A stretch of 64,000 nt of DNA from assembly GCF_963921235.1 (NCBI RefSeq), contig NC_086109.1:26662001-26726000 (forward strand). The letters run 5' to 3'. The DNA comes from Mobula hypostoma (Eukaryota). This document shows positions 1 to 11,722 of this stretch, in pieces (the first letter of the stretch is position 1; the number at the start of each line of letters is the position of its first letter). The translations under genes were made by a program, and so were the position numbers. The notes under the pieces are model-generated. The model was not told the DNA's origin, made no database searches, and saw only the letters and a program-made list of their open reading frames with translations.

Positions 1-2531
1 CAATGGAGAAACTACATCATAACTATCATATTTGCAGAATATTCCTTCCATTACAGTGGCAGAAGGAAATGAAGCCTTAACATGTTTGGGATGGCTCAAG
101 AATTCTGCTTTCATTTCCATGTCAAATAGAGTTAAAATGGTTGATATCAAACAAATCTGGCTTATGAGTTCTTTAAGCCTCCCATGGCAACAGATTTGCA
201 TTTCTACTGTACAGTGTATATAGCTCTGAAATTAAATTCCACTTCTGCATTATCCTCGATGAAGCATAGGAAATTTGATATGATCCAGTTAAACAACATG
301 AATGCTTTCATTATTAAGTTTCTACCAAGTTGCTACGTAATCTTGTTTTGTTGTTAGGGTGTCAGTGTTGCTTTGTTTGTCCTCAAATATGACTGGTCTA
401 TGCATTGGTCTGTCTCTAGTGGAAAATGGAGCAAATGTTAGGCTGATGCAATCATTCCTCTGAAGTATGGGAACTGAGAAAGACCCTGCTTGGCACTAGC
501 TTTGGGTACCCGTGCATTCCCCAGCATTAAGAATGAAGATCTTGATAAGCTCACACAGATGTATTAGCATGGGTGTACAGATTTCCAGTGTGGCCTATGT
601 GCAGTATTAATAATTGAGCAGTGGGCAGAAAGAAAGCCAAGGGCATGCCTGATGTTGGGGTTAAGATGTGGACTCCTCAATTCCTTACTGCCAATTTAAC
701 TAAAAAAAATGTATAACAAGTTTAAGGAGACCCACATAATACACTCTTACATCCCTTCCAAAGATTGCAAATGTAAATTTCTGCTTTCGCGTCTGGAAGT
801 GAATTTATTGAAGATTCCCCTCAGTTTGATAAAGGGTTTTGGCCTGAAACACCAACTGTTTATTCCTCTCCATAGAGCTTCTATGTCTACACAGTAGCCT
901 GACCTGCTGAGTTCTTCCAGAATTCTCTGTGGTTGATGTATGACATGGTACTGAGCCACATAAATTTGATTTGAATAAGCTAGAGAATCTGAGCAGCAAT
1001 GTAACTGAGAATACTTTAGTGGTCGGACTGAGCAGAAAGTTGTCCCACTTCTAATCAGGGTCAGTGAGCTCTTATTGGAAAGTGTGTGTATATATGTGGA
1101 TATTGGGTAAAAATATGCTTGGTCTTCAACATGATCAAATAATTGTGCTAACTTGTAGAGAGTCACACACACTGGGCATGTGCAATGGATTCCCAGATTA
1201 TATTACAGTATTGTATGATTCTGAGCCACACAATACAAGAAGATCGTGGTTCTGGTATTTCCTTGGATTATGTTAAACCAGCTAATCGGTATCAAAATTT
1301 TTAAACCACTACTCTGAAGCTTGTGCTTTATCTGCCCTGCTCAACAGTTTTATTAAGGGCTCCTCCAAATCCGAAAACAGCCAGTTGCTTGGCATGTGAA
1401 TTAATTTTTTGACCATAAAACAGGAAGATCTCTGGCCTGATTGCCAATGTCAGGTGGGCTCAGTTGTTGCAATAATAAGTGTAATGAGGGTGGGATGACA
1501 CTGCCAGGCAGGAGAGAACATAATTAACAGGGGTCCCCAATTCTCCTTGTGATAACAAGGTGCTTATTGGAATAGCCTGCATGAACTGTAAGTGTGGATA
1601 TGATTGACATGACAGCTGCATTGACAGGCATACAGCACCATGAAACTAAATCCAAATAAACAACAACCATGTGGAAAGATAGTAAAAGCCATCTGGGACC
1701 ATGTTGTGTTGCTGGCTGAGGCAAACTTGTACGGTCCAGTATGACAAAGCAATGGAAAAAAGTTTAAAAGCCAGTCTATACGAAGGGTCTCGGCCCGAAA
1801 TGTCGACTGTACCTCTTCCTATAGATGCTGCCTGGCCTGCCGCTTTCACCAGCAACTTTTATGTGTGTTGCCATGAACTGGAAGACAGTTATTTCTTTAA
1901 AATCTGCATTATTTGCTGACTTCTGAATTTCACCCAAAGACTGAGGATTCTTTTCATACAGAAGGTAACTGATGCTTTCCTTTTTTAAAAAAAAGTATTT
2001 TGCCTATGATTGAATGATTTCTATCCCTATATTCATTCTATTGAACCGGCTACAATAAACTGATAATGCTGTGTGAGCAAGGGTCACCATCCAGGGTAGG
2101 GGTTTTAAATCTTCTGGCTGTAAATGTTAAAGATTGATTAATGCCTTAATAGATTACTTTACAATCCAAGCTGTTTCTTTACAAGGTTTTGACCCAGTGT
2201 ACTGGTGACAAGTTAAAATGAATAGACAAGTGCTTCATTTTGCTGTGTAACCCTTGCTCTGTTGAATAGACAATTATAAGACTACAAATGCAGAGACTAT
2301 ACCTCACATATACTCATTCTGACTATACAACATAATCCAATTCTATGACAAATTAATTTTCACATAAATTTAATACCCACAAATTTCTAATTTGTTTATT
2401 TTGGTATCCAAGAAAGGGTCAATTACAGGTTAAACTGTAACATGGGAGATGGACTTAGAAGTTAATTAATGACCTGATATTAACCCAACTGTCCTAACCT
2501 TGGTATTTGAACAATTGAAGATATGCAGTAG

Positions 2532-2734
2532 TGTTCCTTTCCCAGCCTTGTGGCACATCAGGTGACAAACTTGCTGCTTCTTTAGCATTTTTGTCTGTTT
2601 TTTTTACAAGGCCGAGTTGCGAGCTCAACACTCAATCCAGCATGGATGGAAATCGTGTAAGGATCCGGCCGAATTCGAACCTGGGACCACCTGTCTCAAA
2701 GTCCGGTGCTGATGCCACTGCACCACCAGCTGGC
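2532..2734 (-). mobile_element. tRNA-derived SINE (same family as 38986-39181)
   Basis: Minus strand has A box TGGTGCAGTGG and B box GGTTCGAATTC. Body and tail (CCTGATGTGCCACAAGGCTGGGAAAGGAAC) are colinear with the copy at 38986. Confidence 0.75.
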
Positions 2735-2789
2735 AATTGAACATATGCCAGGGAATGATATTTTACTTAGTATTTATTTTAATCTTGCT

Positions 2790-3717
2790 ATACTGAATCA
2801 GTTTATGAAAATCAAGAGAGGCTTTAGACAAGGGTGTGTTTTCTCCTCTGATTTGTTTAATGTGTACAGTGAAATAATATTGCAAAAAAATAAGAAATCT
2901 TGGAAATCAAAATTGGTGGTGAAAACATCAATAATTTCAGATATGTGGATGACACTGTGTTAATTGCAAGTATGGAGGAAGAACGACGAAACTTAATTGA
3001 TATAGTTGTTGAAAGTGCAAAAATGGGTCTATCTATCAATTGCAAAAAGACAAGATGTATGGGGATATCCAAAAAGAAGGAGAATCCTATCTGCAGGCTG
3101 AGAATAAACAGGAAAGACATAAAACAAGTACAGAACTTTTGCTACTTAGGAAGCTGGCTGAAATCAGATGGCAGGTGTGACATGGACATCAAAAGAAGAA
3201 TAGGGATGGCAAAAGACACCTTTACGAGAATGAAGAGTATACAGACTAACACTAAACTAGGCATGACAACCCGCCTCAGAGTACTGAAATGTTATGTATA
3301 TCCAGTTATGATATATGGCTCAGAATGTTGGACAATATCTAGTAACATGAGGAAACAAATGGAAGCAGCAGAAATGTGGTTTTTGAGGAGGATGCAAAGA
3401 ATATCATGGACAAAATGAATATCTAATGAGGATGTCATGAGCAGAACAAATACACAGAGAAATAATGTATGAGGTCATGAAAAGGCAATGTAACTTCATT
3501 GGACATGTGATTAGGAAAGAGGAGTTAGAATGCACGGTAATTATGGGAAAGATTGAAGGGAAGAAAGCAAGAGGACGACAAAGACAAATGATGATGGAGA
3601 CAGTAGCCAGAGAACTGGAAATGAATACCAATGAATTGATCCATTTGACCTGAAACAGGGGTGTGTGGGCCATGGCAGTCAAAACTCAAACTGGGCACGG
3701 CACCGGATGATGATGAT
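2790..3717 (+). mobile_element. 5'-truncated RTE-clade LINE, reverse transcriptase C-terminal part, decayed
   Basis: Motifs RGFRQGCVFS, INNFRYVDDTVLIA, FCYLGS, DIKRRIGMAK, YGSECWT, AAEMWFLRRM and GKIEGKKARGRQR. In-frame TGA stops at 3416 and 3651; (GAT)n tail at about 3707-3717. Confidence 0.9.
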
Positions 3718-3856
3718 ATACCACATTCTCTAATGGCTATGTGATTCCACAATATGGGTTGTAATTGGAAAAAGTGCATTATCCAAGAGGTGCCAGAATA
3801 ACTGTTTGTTGAGAAGTTTAGAGATGCTGATGTTATAAAAAGGTGTGTTATGAACA

Positions 3857-4232
3857 GGATCAGAATCAGGTTTAGTATCACCGGCATACATAGTGAAATT
3901 TGTTAACTTCGTGGCAGCAGTACAATGCAATACATGATAATAGAGAAAGAAAATATTCAATCAATTGCAGTAAGTATATATATGTATGTTAAATAGTTAA
4001 ATTAAAAATAGTGCAAAAACTGAAAAAAAAAGTGAGGTAGTGTTCATGGGTTCAATGTCCATTTAGAAATCAGATGGCAGAGGAGAAGAAGCGGTTCCTG
4101 AATCGCTGAGTGTCTGCTTTCAGGCTCCTATGTGATGATAACAATGAGAAGAGAGCAGGTCCTGGATGATGAGGGTCCTTAATAATGGACGCTGCCTTTC
4201 TGAAGCACCATTCCTTGAAGATGTCTTGGATA
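3857..4232 (-). mobile_element. Rex1/Babar-type LINE 3' fragment
   Basis: Minus-strand RKAASIIKDPHHPG..LFSLL..TQRFRNRFF, and a tail reading AAACCTGATTCTGAT, as in the longer copy at 58530-59862. Confidence 0.75.
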
Positions 4233-4411
4233 CAAGAGATTCTGTAGATGCTGGAAATCCAGATTAACACACACAAAATGTGAGAGGAATTCAACAGAGC
4301 AGGCAGCCTCTATGAAGATGAACAAAGAGCTGAAGTTTTGGGTCTCAGCTCTTTATTCCTCCTTGGATGCTGCCAGACCTGTTGAATTCCTCTAGTATTT
4401 TGTGTGTGTTA
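4230..4411. mobile_element. Fold-back remnant of the Penelope-like terminal repeat
   Basis: TCTGTAGATGCTGGAAATCC...CACACAAAATG in inverted orientation to GATGCTGCC..ATTTTGTGTGTG. Confidence 0.65.
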
Positions 4412-6057
4412 CGCTGATATAAACATAAGTTCTTGTTTAGTCTCCAAAGTATCAGCAATGGAACTGTTCAGGATTAAGATGATTATTGAAATCCCATTCG
4501 CCACTTTAGGGATTAGAGTTAAAACTATTAGACTTTGTTGTAATAGACACAGGAATTTCACAACTAGTTCTGCAACATGCCCATCCACAAAATCCAATTT
4601 AGTCTTGGATCTGTCATGCAATGGTAACCAGATGAAGGGAATTATGTCAAATAAGGATTACATTGACAAATGAAGATTAGAAAACACTGCGTAATAATAC
4701 ATATTTAATCCTGTGAAATTGCATGCATGGACCATGAAATATAATGAGCTCCAACCTTAAAATCAACAAAACTCATTTTTATCCTGCGTAAGTTTAGTTC
4801 ACAATTCTTAAAAATCTCAATTAAAAAAAAAATCATTTCAATTCCTTTTTGCAGCTTTTTCCTTGATTAGTCATGCAATATTGTCTGACTTTTCTTACCA
4901 TCTGCTTCAGACTATTAGTGGTAATCTGGGTGACTACTGCACATTGTATACATTTCTTTTTACTTTGGATAAATTTCAAGATGCTGTATAAGGTGTAATA
5001 ACGGTTTTCAATACCATCTTTGACTGCTGATTACTTGCATTGTTGTGGCAAAGTGCTGATTAGATACAAAAATCTGGTATCTTGATACTTTAAAGTTAAG
5101 GGTTTCCCTTTCATGTTCCAAAAAAAGATAGATTGCTATGAAGTTTTGAGTTGGTGCACTGTATTTTCATTTAAATAAACATTTCCATCCATGTAAAGTC
5201 AAAGTAGAGTCTGTAAAATTTTACGGTAGAGAAGCCGTATGATCCAGGCTTTGCCTGACACCTAGATTTGATTATGTCTGAAAATAAATGACAGAGGTCC
5301 CAATGACTCTTCCAAATATAACACTTAAAAATTTATGAAGCAATCGGAAGTGTATAATTCCCAGGCTCTCCTGTGCAGATAGAGAAGCACATTTAGTCAT
5401 CTGGTGTTACACAATAAGAAAGCTTTATCAATGTGGGAGAATTAATTTTATATATCACTCCTTAAAGTAGGCTTGTGATGAGTTCATTTCATGTGGTGCT
5501 CCAGCTAGTCAGACATGTAATTAATTCGTAAGAATGCAGGGAATTATAAGTTAATTATTTTACAGCCTGCAGTGCGTGAAAAACATTTTAAACTGTATCT
5601 AATGTAATCTTCTATATTTCTAATTGGCTTATACTGTATACCTGCTCCAATACATTTTTATTTTATTTTGCTGTCTTCTGTATATAAATCAGTATAATTT
5701 AATATGGAAGTAGCAGAAGTCTTGGTACAGTTTGTACGCTGGTTCCATAAATTAAATTGCAGGACATAGGAGATGGACAAGATTAGGAGGGAAATTCCAG
5801 AGAAGGGTGTTACATTTATTTGGATTGCTACATAAACCATCAACACTTAATTATTCCTACTGCTGAACCACTACAGAGAATAACAAAGGAATGAAAATTT
5901 GTTGTCCAAACAACTAAGTCTTTCAACACACCTAGCAATAAAATATATTACTCTGTTATTGACCCTTGATAACATTGACCCTAAATCCCTGACCATTTTA
6001 AGCACTTAGACTTGTCATTCCTGTTTTTCAACATTGCAACAAAACAACCTGAAACCT

Positions 6058-6182
6058 GTGAAAATTTGCAGATGCTGGAAATCCAAGCAACACGCGCAGA
6101 ATGCTGGAGGAACCCGGCAGGTCGAGCAGCATCAGTGGAAAAGAGTAGTCGATGTTTTGGGCCGAGACCCTTCATTAGGACA
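6058..6182 (-). mobile_element. Penelope-like terminal repeat fragment with degenerate hammerhead motif
   Basis: Minus strand reads GTCCTAATGAAGGGTCTCGGCCCAAAACATCGAC...CAGCATCTGCA. Confidence 0.7.
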
Positions 6183-6189
6183 CAGCAGC

Positions 6190-6720
6190 CTATTCTTTTC
6201 CACACAATTTTCAAAGCTTGGAACATGGTGCCCACCAATCTCACCCCTGTTGCCCACATTTGGCTGATATCCCTCTACAACCCCTCCTATCCATGTACTT
6301 GTACAAATGTCTTTTAAATGTGATTATTGTGCCAGCCTCAGTCACTTCCTCTGGCAGATCACCCACTCTTCGTGTGAAGAAGTTGCCCATCAGGCTCATT
6401 TTAATTCATTCAAACCTCACCTTAAATCTCTGTGTTCTAGATTTTAGTTCGTCTACACTTGGAAAATGACTATGTGCATTGACTCTATTTTATATCTCTC
6501 ATGATTTTATACACCCACCTCTATCGGGTCACCCTTCAATCTCCTACACAGCAGGGAATAAAGTTGTAGCCTGGCCAACCTCTGCCTATAACTCAGATGC
6601 TTAAGTCTTGATAGCATCCTGGTAAATCTTACCTGTGCTCTCTTCAGTTTAGTGCAGTCCTTCCGAGAAAAGGGTGAACAAAACTCCAATGGAAATGAAA
6701 CTCCAAGTATGGACATCCAT
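6190..6720 (-). mobile_element. CR1-clade LINE 3' fragment
   Basis: Minus ORF FCSPFSRKD..LKRAQVRFTRML..LSYRQRL..L.LYSL..RRLKGD is the CR1 ORF2 C-terminal signature. Confidence 0.75.
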
Positions 6721-7183
6721 TCTTCACAATTTATAGAAAGGGATAGTAGAACATAGAAATCTACAGCACATTACAGGCCTTTCGACCCACAATGTTGTGC
6801 CAATCATGTAACCTACTCATAGTAAATAGGTAGTCTAGAAAGGCATTATAAGGGTATCACTAGGCTAGTCATTATAGAATTAACAGGCTGGCATAAAAAA
6901 CAGACTGCATGGGTTCATTTTATTTCTTTTTACTGAACTTTCCTTCTCTTCCTCTGTTTTCCTCTTCTGAAGTTATCAGCTCTGGAGTTACAATTGTTAA
7001 TTACTTGGCCCAAAAATCTAACTTAATGTGTTTCGTAGGCAGTGGGTGAAGTATACTATATGTTTACTATGCATTTACCTACCTGTTCCTGCCATCTTCC
7101 AAAATAGAAAAGGATAATGTCAAGCATTATGTTAACCCCTCACACAGCATACCTTATTGCAATAGTAGCATTATTATCAACTA

Positions 7184-8232
7184 CAGTGGCATGCAAAAGT
7201 TTGGGCACCCCGGTCAAAATTTCTGTTACTGTGAATAGCTAAGGAAGTAAAAGATGAACTGATTTCCAAAAGGCAAAGTTAAAGATGACACATTTCTTTA
7301 ATATTTTAAGCAAGAAAGCTTTTTTATTTCCATCTTTTACAGTTTCAAAATAACAAAAAAGGAAAAGGGCCTGAAGCAGTTTCAAAAGTTTCATCAGTCC
7401 ACAGGACTTGTTTCCAAAATACATCAGGCTTGTTTAGATGTTCCTTTGAACCTTTTGATTGGAACTTTTTGGCCGCAATGAGCAAAGGTATGTTTGCAGA
7501 AAAAAGGGTGCAGAATTTCATGAAAAGAACCCCTCTCCAACTGTTAAGCACGGGGTGGATCGATTATGCTTTGGGCTTGTGTTGCAGCCAGTGGCACGGG
7601 GAACATTCACTGGTAGAGGGAAGAATGAATTCAATTAAATACCAGCTAATTCTGGAAGCAAACATCACACCGTCTGTAAAAAAAGCCGAAGATGAAAAGA
7701 GGATGGCTTCTACAATAGGATAATGAACCTAAACACACCTCAAATTCCACAATAGACTACCTCAAGAGGCACAAGCTGAAGGTTTTGCCTTGGCCCTCAC
7801 AGTCCCCTGACCTAAACATCATCGAGAATCTGTGGCTAGATCTCAAAAGAGCAGCGCATGCAAGATGGCCCAAGAATCTTACAGAACTAGAAGCCTTTTG
7901 CAAGGAAGAATGGGCGAAAATCCACCAAACAACAATTGAAAGATTCTTAGCTGGCTACGAAAAGCGTTTACAAGCTGTGATACTTGCCAAGGGGAGGGTT
8001 ACTAAGTAGTGACTATGCAAGGTGCCCAAACTTTTGCTTCGGGCCCTTTTCCTTTTTTGTTATTTTGAAACTGTAAAAGATGGAAATAAGAACGTTTTCT
8101 TGCTTAAAATATTAAAGAAATGTGTAATCTTTAATTTTATGCCTTTTGGAAATCAGTTCATCTTTTACTCACTTAGCTATTCACAGTAACAGAAATTTTG
8201 ACTAGGGGTGCCCAATCGTTTGCATGTCACTG
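7184..8232 (+). mobile_element. Tc1-family (DD34E) DNA transposon, internally deleted and rearranged, with long (about 200 bp) terminal inverted repeats
   Basis: TA at 7182-83 and 8233-34; ends CAGTGGCATGCA / TGCATGTCACTG; about 200 bp TIRs. Transposase remnants include PTVKH, *DNEPKH and WPSQSPDLNIIENLW, with 34 residues between the D and the E. Confidence 0.95.
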
Positions 8233-8314
8233 TATATTTCATTTGGCTTTTTTCATAGATGTTTCATACTGTGCAATATTCTTAAAAACATAAGTGGGGA
8301 TAATCAATATTGTC

Positions 8315-8499
8315 AACAAGAGAAAGTCTGCAGATGCTGGAAATCCAAAACAACACATACAATGCTGGAGAAGCTCAGCAGATCAGACAGCATCCAAGTC
8401 CCGATGAAGGGTCTCGACCCAAAACATCAACTGCTTACTCTTTTCCACAGACGCCTCCCAGCCTGCTGAGTTCCTCCAGCATTTTGTGTGTGTTGCATT
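8315..8499. mobile_element. Fold-back mini-insertion of the Penelope-like terminal repeat with 12-bp TSD
   Basis: ATCAATATTGTC at 8303-8314 and 8500-8511; inverted arms; degenerate core CCGATGAAGGGTCTCGACCCAAAAC. Confidence 0.8.
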
Positions 8500-9192
8500 A
8501 TCAATATTGTCTCTCTTTCAGCATTGAGTTGAATACTGGCTGAACATCACCTTTGAGCCATGGAGATGACTCCATCTCGTCCACCTTTTTTTCCCCTTTT
8601 CCCATATCCATTTTTTCCCATGACTGAACATCTCTGGTCTTTGTTAACAGTGGATTCTGAAGACTCTCAATGATTCTGGGGTGGTGTAATTTTCAGTTTT
8701 TAATGCATAGTGGTTTAATCATTGATCTTTCATTAAAGATGAAATGCAATGCACAATGTAGACAAAAGTCAATTGCATGTTTATGCTTGGGTTAAAATAT
8801 CAATTTTTAAACTGTTTATATGTTTTCATGGCTCATGTTCGATTTTATTCTCTGCACGTGTGAGAAATGATCTCTTTCCTGTCAGTAAACACTATCTTCT
8901 CAATTCTCAGCAGCTCCTAGATTGATCACTGAAATCCATTATTAGAAAAGTTGAATGCTTGAACCGGTGCATTAATGTTTATTGCTTTAAATACTGCTTC
9001 CTTTCTTTCGGTTTGAGCTGTTCAGGTTAAGACTAGGGTATGGAAAAGATCGATGAGAAGTAAGGGAGGAATTAAAAGGATTTTTGTTGGTATATTGCCA
9101 ATTGCTTGTGTATTCAGGACCAATATTCTTAGATTGTCCAAAATACCTCACTGAGGCACAATCTTTCATTCCCAATGATAATATGTAAACAA

Positions 9193-9268
9193 TAAACACA
9201 AAATAATCTGCAGATGCTGGGGTTAAAGCAACACTCATAACACGCTGGAGGAACTCCAGCGTGTTGTG
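9193..9268. mobile_element. 76-bp fold-back Penelope-like end with 13-bp TSD
   Basis: AATATGTAAACAA at 9180-9192 and 9269-9281; hairpin ACACGCTGGAG-GAA-CTCCAGCGTGT. Confidence 0.75.
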
Positions 9269-9479
9269 AATATGTAAACAAAATCTTTTTTTTAACTACG
9301 GGCTGCTGATATTAAAGTAATTAATGATATGTTAAAGATAAGGGTAATGATCTTTGAGGGCACCATGCATCATGAAGCATGTTTGACTCCTAATGGTAAA
9401 ACAAAGAACTTCATGATAGTGCTACCAAATGCAATAAGCCAAAGTGGAGACCAACATTTTATACAGGGCTGCAGGTGTG

Positions 9480-9970
9480 GTTGGTGAAACCACAATCTGG
9501 AGAAATTCATACACTTCTACCTGTTTATGTAGAGGTATACTTGCTAGGTTTCAGGATGGAGAATACTACAGGTATGAAGGGTTATCTTATGTGGAAAGTT
9601 TAAGAAACCTACAGTCTTTCAAAACTCAGAAGAATGAAAGGCAAGCTTATTGAAACCTATAAGATCCTGAGATTTGGAAGATGATGGGAGGACATTTCCT
9701 TTGGTGGGAAAAGTCTAGAACCATTAGACCTTGTCTCAAACAAAGGGCTACCTCTTGAAAAACCATTTCTTCTCTCACAGGGTTGTGAACTAACAGAATT
9801 CTAAACTCCAGAGAACTGCAGAAGCTGACTCATTAAACATATTAAAGGTAGAAGCAGGTAATTGTTTAGACTTTAAGGAACTAAGGAGTATTGAAGCTAA
9901 GTGGGGAAGTGAAATTGACTAAGATTATGCCATAGTGAATGCCGCAATAGGTTTACTCTGTTCCCTGGTT
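9480..9970 (+). mobile_element. Old CR1-clade LINE fragment
   Basis: GLSYVESL, CTTATTGAAACCTATAAGATCCTGA and TTCTCTCACAGGGTTGTGAAC resemble the CR1 copies at 15896 and 51926. Confidence 0.6.
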
Positions 9971-11481
9971 ATTGATGCTGCTATTATTAGAAATAATTTC
10001 TTCTTTACTTACCTGTTTAAAGTGTTCATTTTTTAGTACCCTTTTTAAAACTATCTGAAGTACACTTAAAAAAAAATGTCTACCTGTAGCTTATTTCACT
10101 TTTGTCCCTCTTGCAAAACTTTGATATTCTAGCCAAAATATGGTGCCCAGAAGGATTATGAAACTTCTTTACTTAATATTATTTTTCATTGGATGGATCT
10201 GATGCCACGTATTGCAGCTGTATAAATGTGTACTTCAGACCTTATTATATTGCCAAAAGATGGACAAATTGATACTGGAGGCTACCTAGACGGAATATGA
10301 GGTGTTGCTCCTCTAACCGTAGAGAGGCCTCATCATGGCAGAAGAGAAGGCCATAGACTGATATGTCAGAATGGACACGGGGATGGGAAGTGAAATGGTT
10401 GACCACCGGAAAATTCTGCTTTTTAACAGATGGAGCTGAGATGCTCAAGCAAGTGAACCCACCCCCCATCTTTGTCGGGTCTCATCAATGTAGAGGTGGC
10501 TGCACCAAGAGTGTGGATACAGTAAATGTCCCCAACAGACTCACCTGGAAGGACTGTATGCGGGTGAGGGAGGAGGTGAATTGGCACATGTAGCACTTCT
10601 GCCACTTGCAGGGATAAGTGCCAGGAGGGAGATTAGTGGGAGGGGTGAATGGACAAGTGAATCACAGAGGGAGTGATCCCTGTTAAAAGTTGGGTGTGGG
10701 AGGGTGGGGGCGGTAAATATACGTATGGTGGTCGAATCCTGTCGAAGAAGGTGGAAGTTGCGGCGAATGATGTGTTGGATGCGCAAGCTTATGGGGTGGC
10801 CAGTGAGGACTAGAGGAACTCTGTACCTGATAAGGTGGCAGGGAGAAGGGGCAAGGGCAGATGTTTGGGAAATGGAGGAGATGTGGATGAGGGCAGCATC
10901 AGTAATGGAGGAAGGGAAAGAGGATATGTCTGATGTCCTGGAAAGGAAAGCCTCGTCCTGGGAGAAGATGTGGTGGAGATGAAGAAACTGAGAAAAAGGA
11001 ATGGCATTTTACAGGAGGCAGTGTGGGAAGAAATATAGTCAAGATAGCTGTGGGAATGGGTAGGTTTATAAATGATGTCGGTAGACAGTTTGTTTTCCGA
11101 GATGGAGACAGACAGATTGAAAAAGGGGAGGGAGATGTCAGAAATAGATAAGTGAATTTGAAGGCAGGGTGGAAGTTGGAGGCAAAGTTGATGAAATTGA
11201 TGAGCTCAGCATGGATGGATGAAGCAACACCAATGTATTTGTCAGTGTAGCACGGGAAGAGTTGGGGAGCGTTATCCGTGAAGACTTGGAACATGGACTA
11301 TTCCATGTAGCCAAAGAAAAGTCAGGCATAGTTGGGGCCCATGAAGGTGCCCACGGATACATCTTGAGTATGGAGAAAGTGGCTAGAGCCAAAAGAAAAT
11401 GTGTTGAGGGTGAGGACCACTTCTGCCTGGTGGTGGAGGGGAACTGGGGTCTGATGTGAAGAAGGAAGCGGACAGCTTTAA

Positions 11482-11722
11482 ACAACACACACACAAAATG
11501 CTGGTGGAAAGCCGCAGGCCAGGCAGCATCTATAGGAAGAAGTACAGTCGACATTTCGGGCCACGACCCTTCGTCAATCTCTTCTTTCAGTTAGTGCTGA
11601 CGAAGGGTCTCAGCCTGAAACGTCGACTGTACTTCCTATAGATGCTGCCTGGTCTGCTGCATTCCACCAGCATTTTGTGTGTGTGTTGCTTGAATTTCCA
11701 GCATCTGCAGATTTCCTCATGT
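11482..11722. mobile_element. 241-bp fold-back Penelope-like mini-element nested in the older PLE, with 13-bp TSD
   Basis: CGGACAGCTTTAA (11469-81) and CGGAGAGCTTTAA (11723-35); about 92-bp inverted arms at 11482-11575 and 11598-11688. Confidence 0.85.
11592..11629 (+). ncRNA. Minimal type-I hammerhead ribozyme motif
   Basis: TAGTG-CTGACGA-AGGGTCTCAGCCT-GAAA-CG-TC-GACTG. Core boxes at 11597-11603 and 11617-20; predicted cleavage after C11624; stem I has one mismatch next to the core. Confidence 0.7.
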
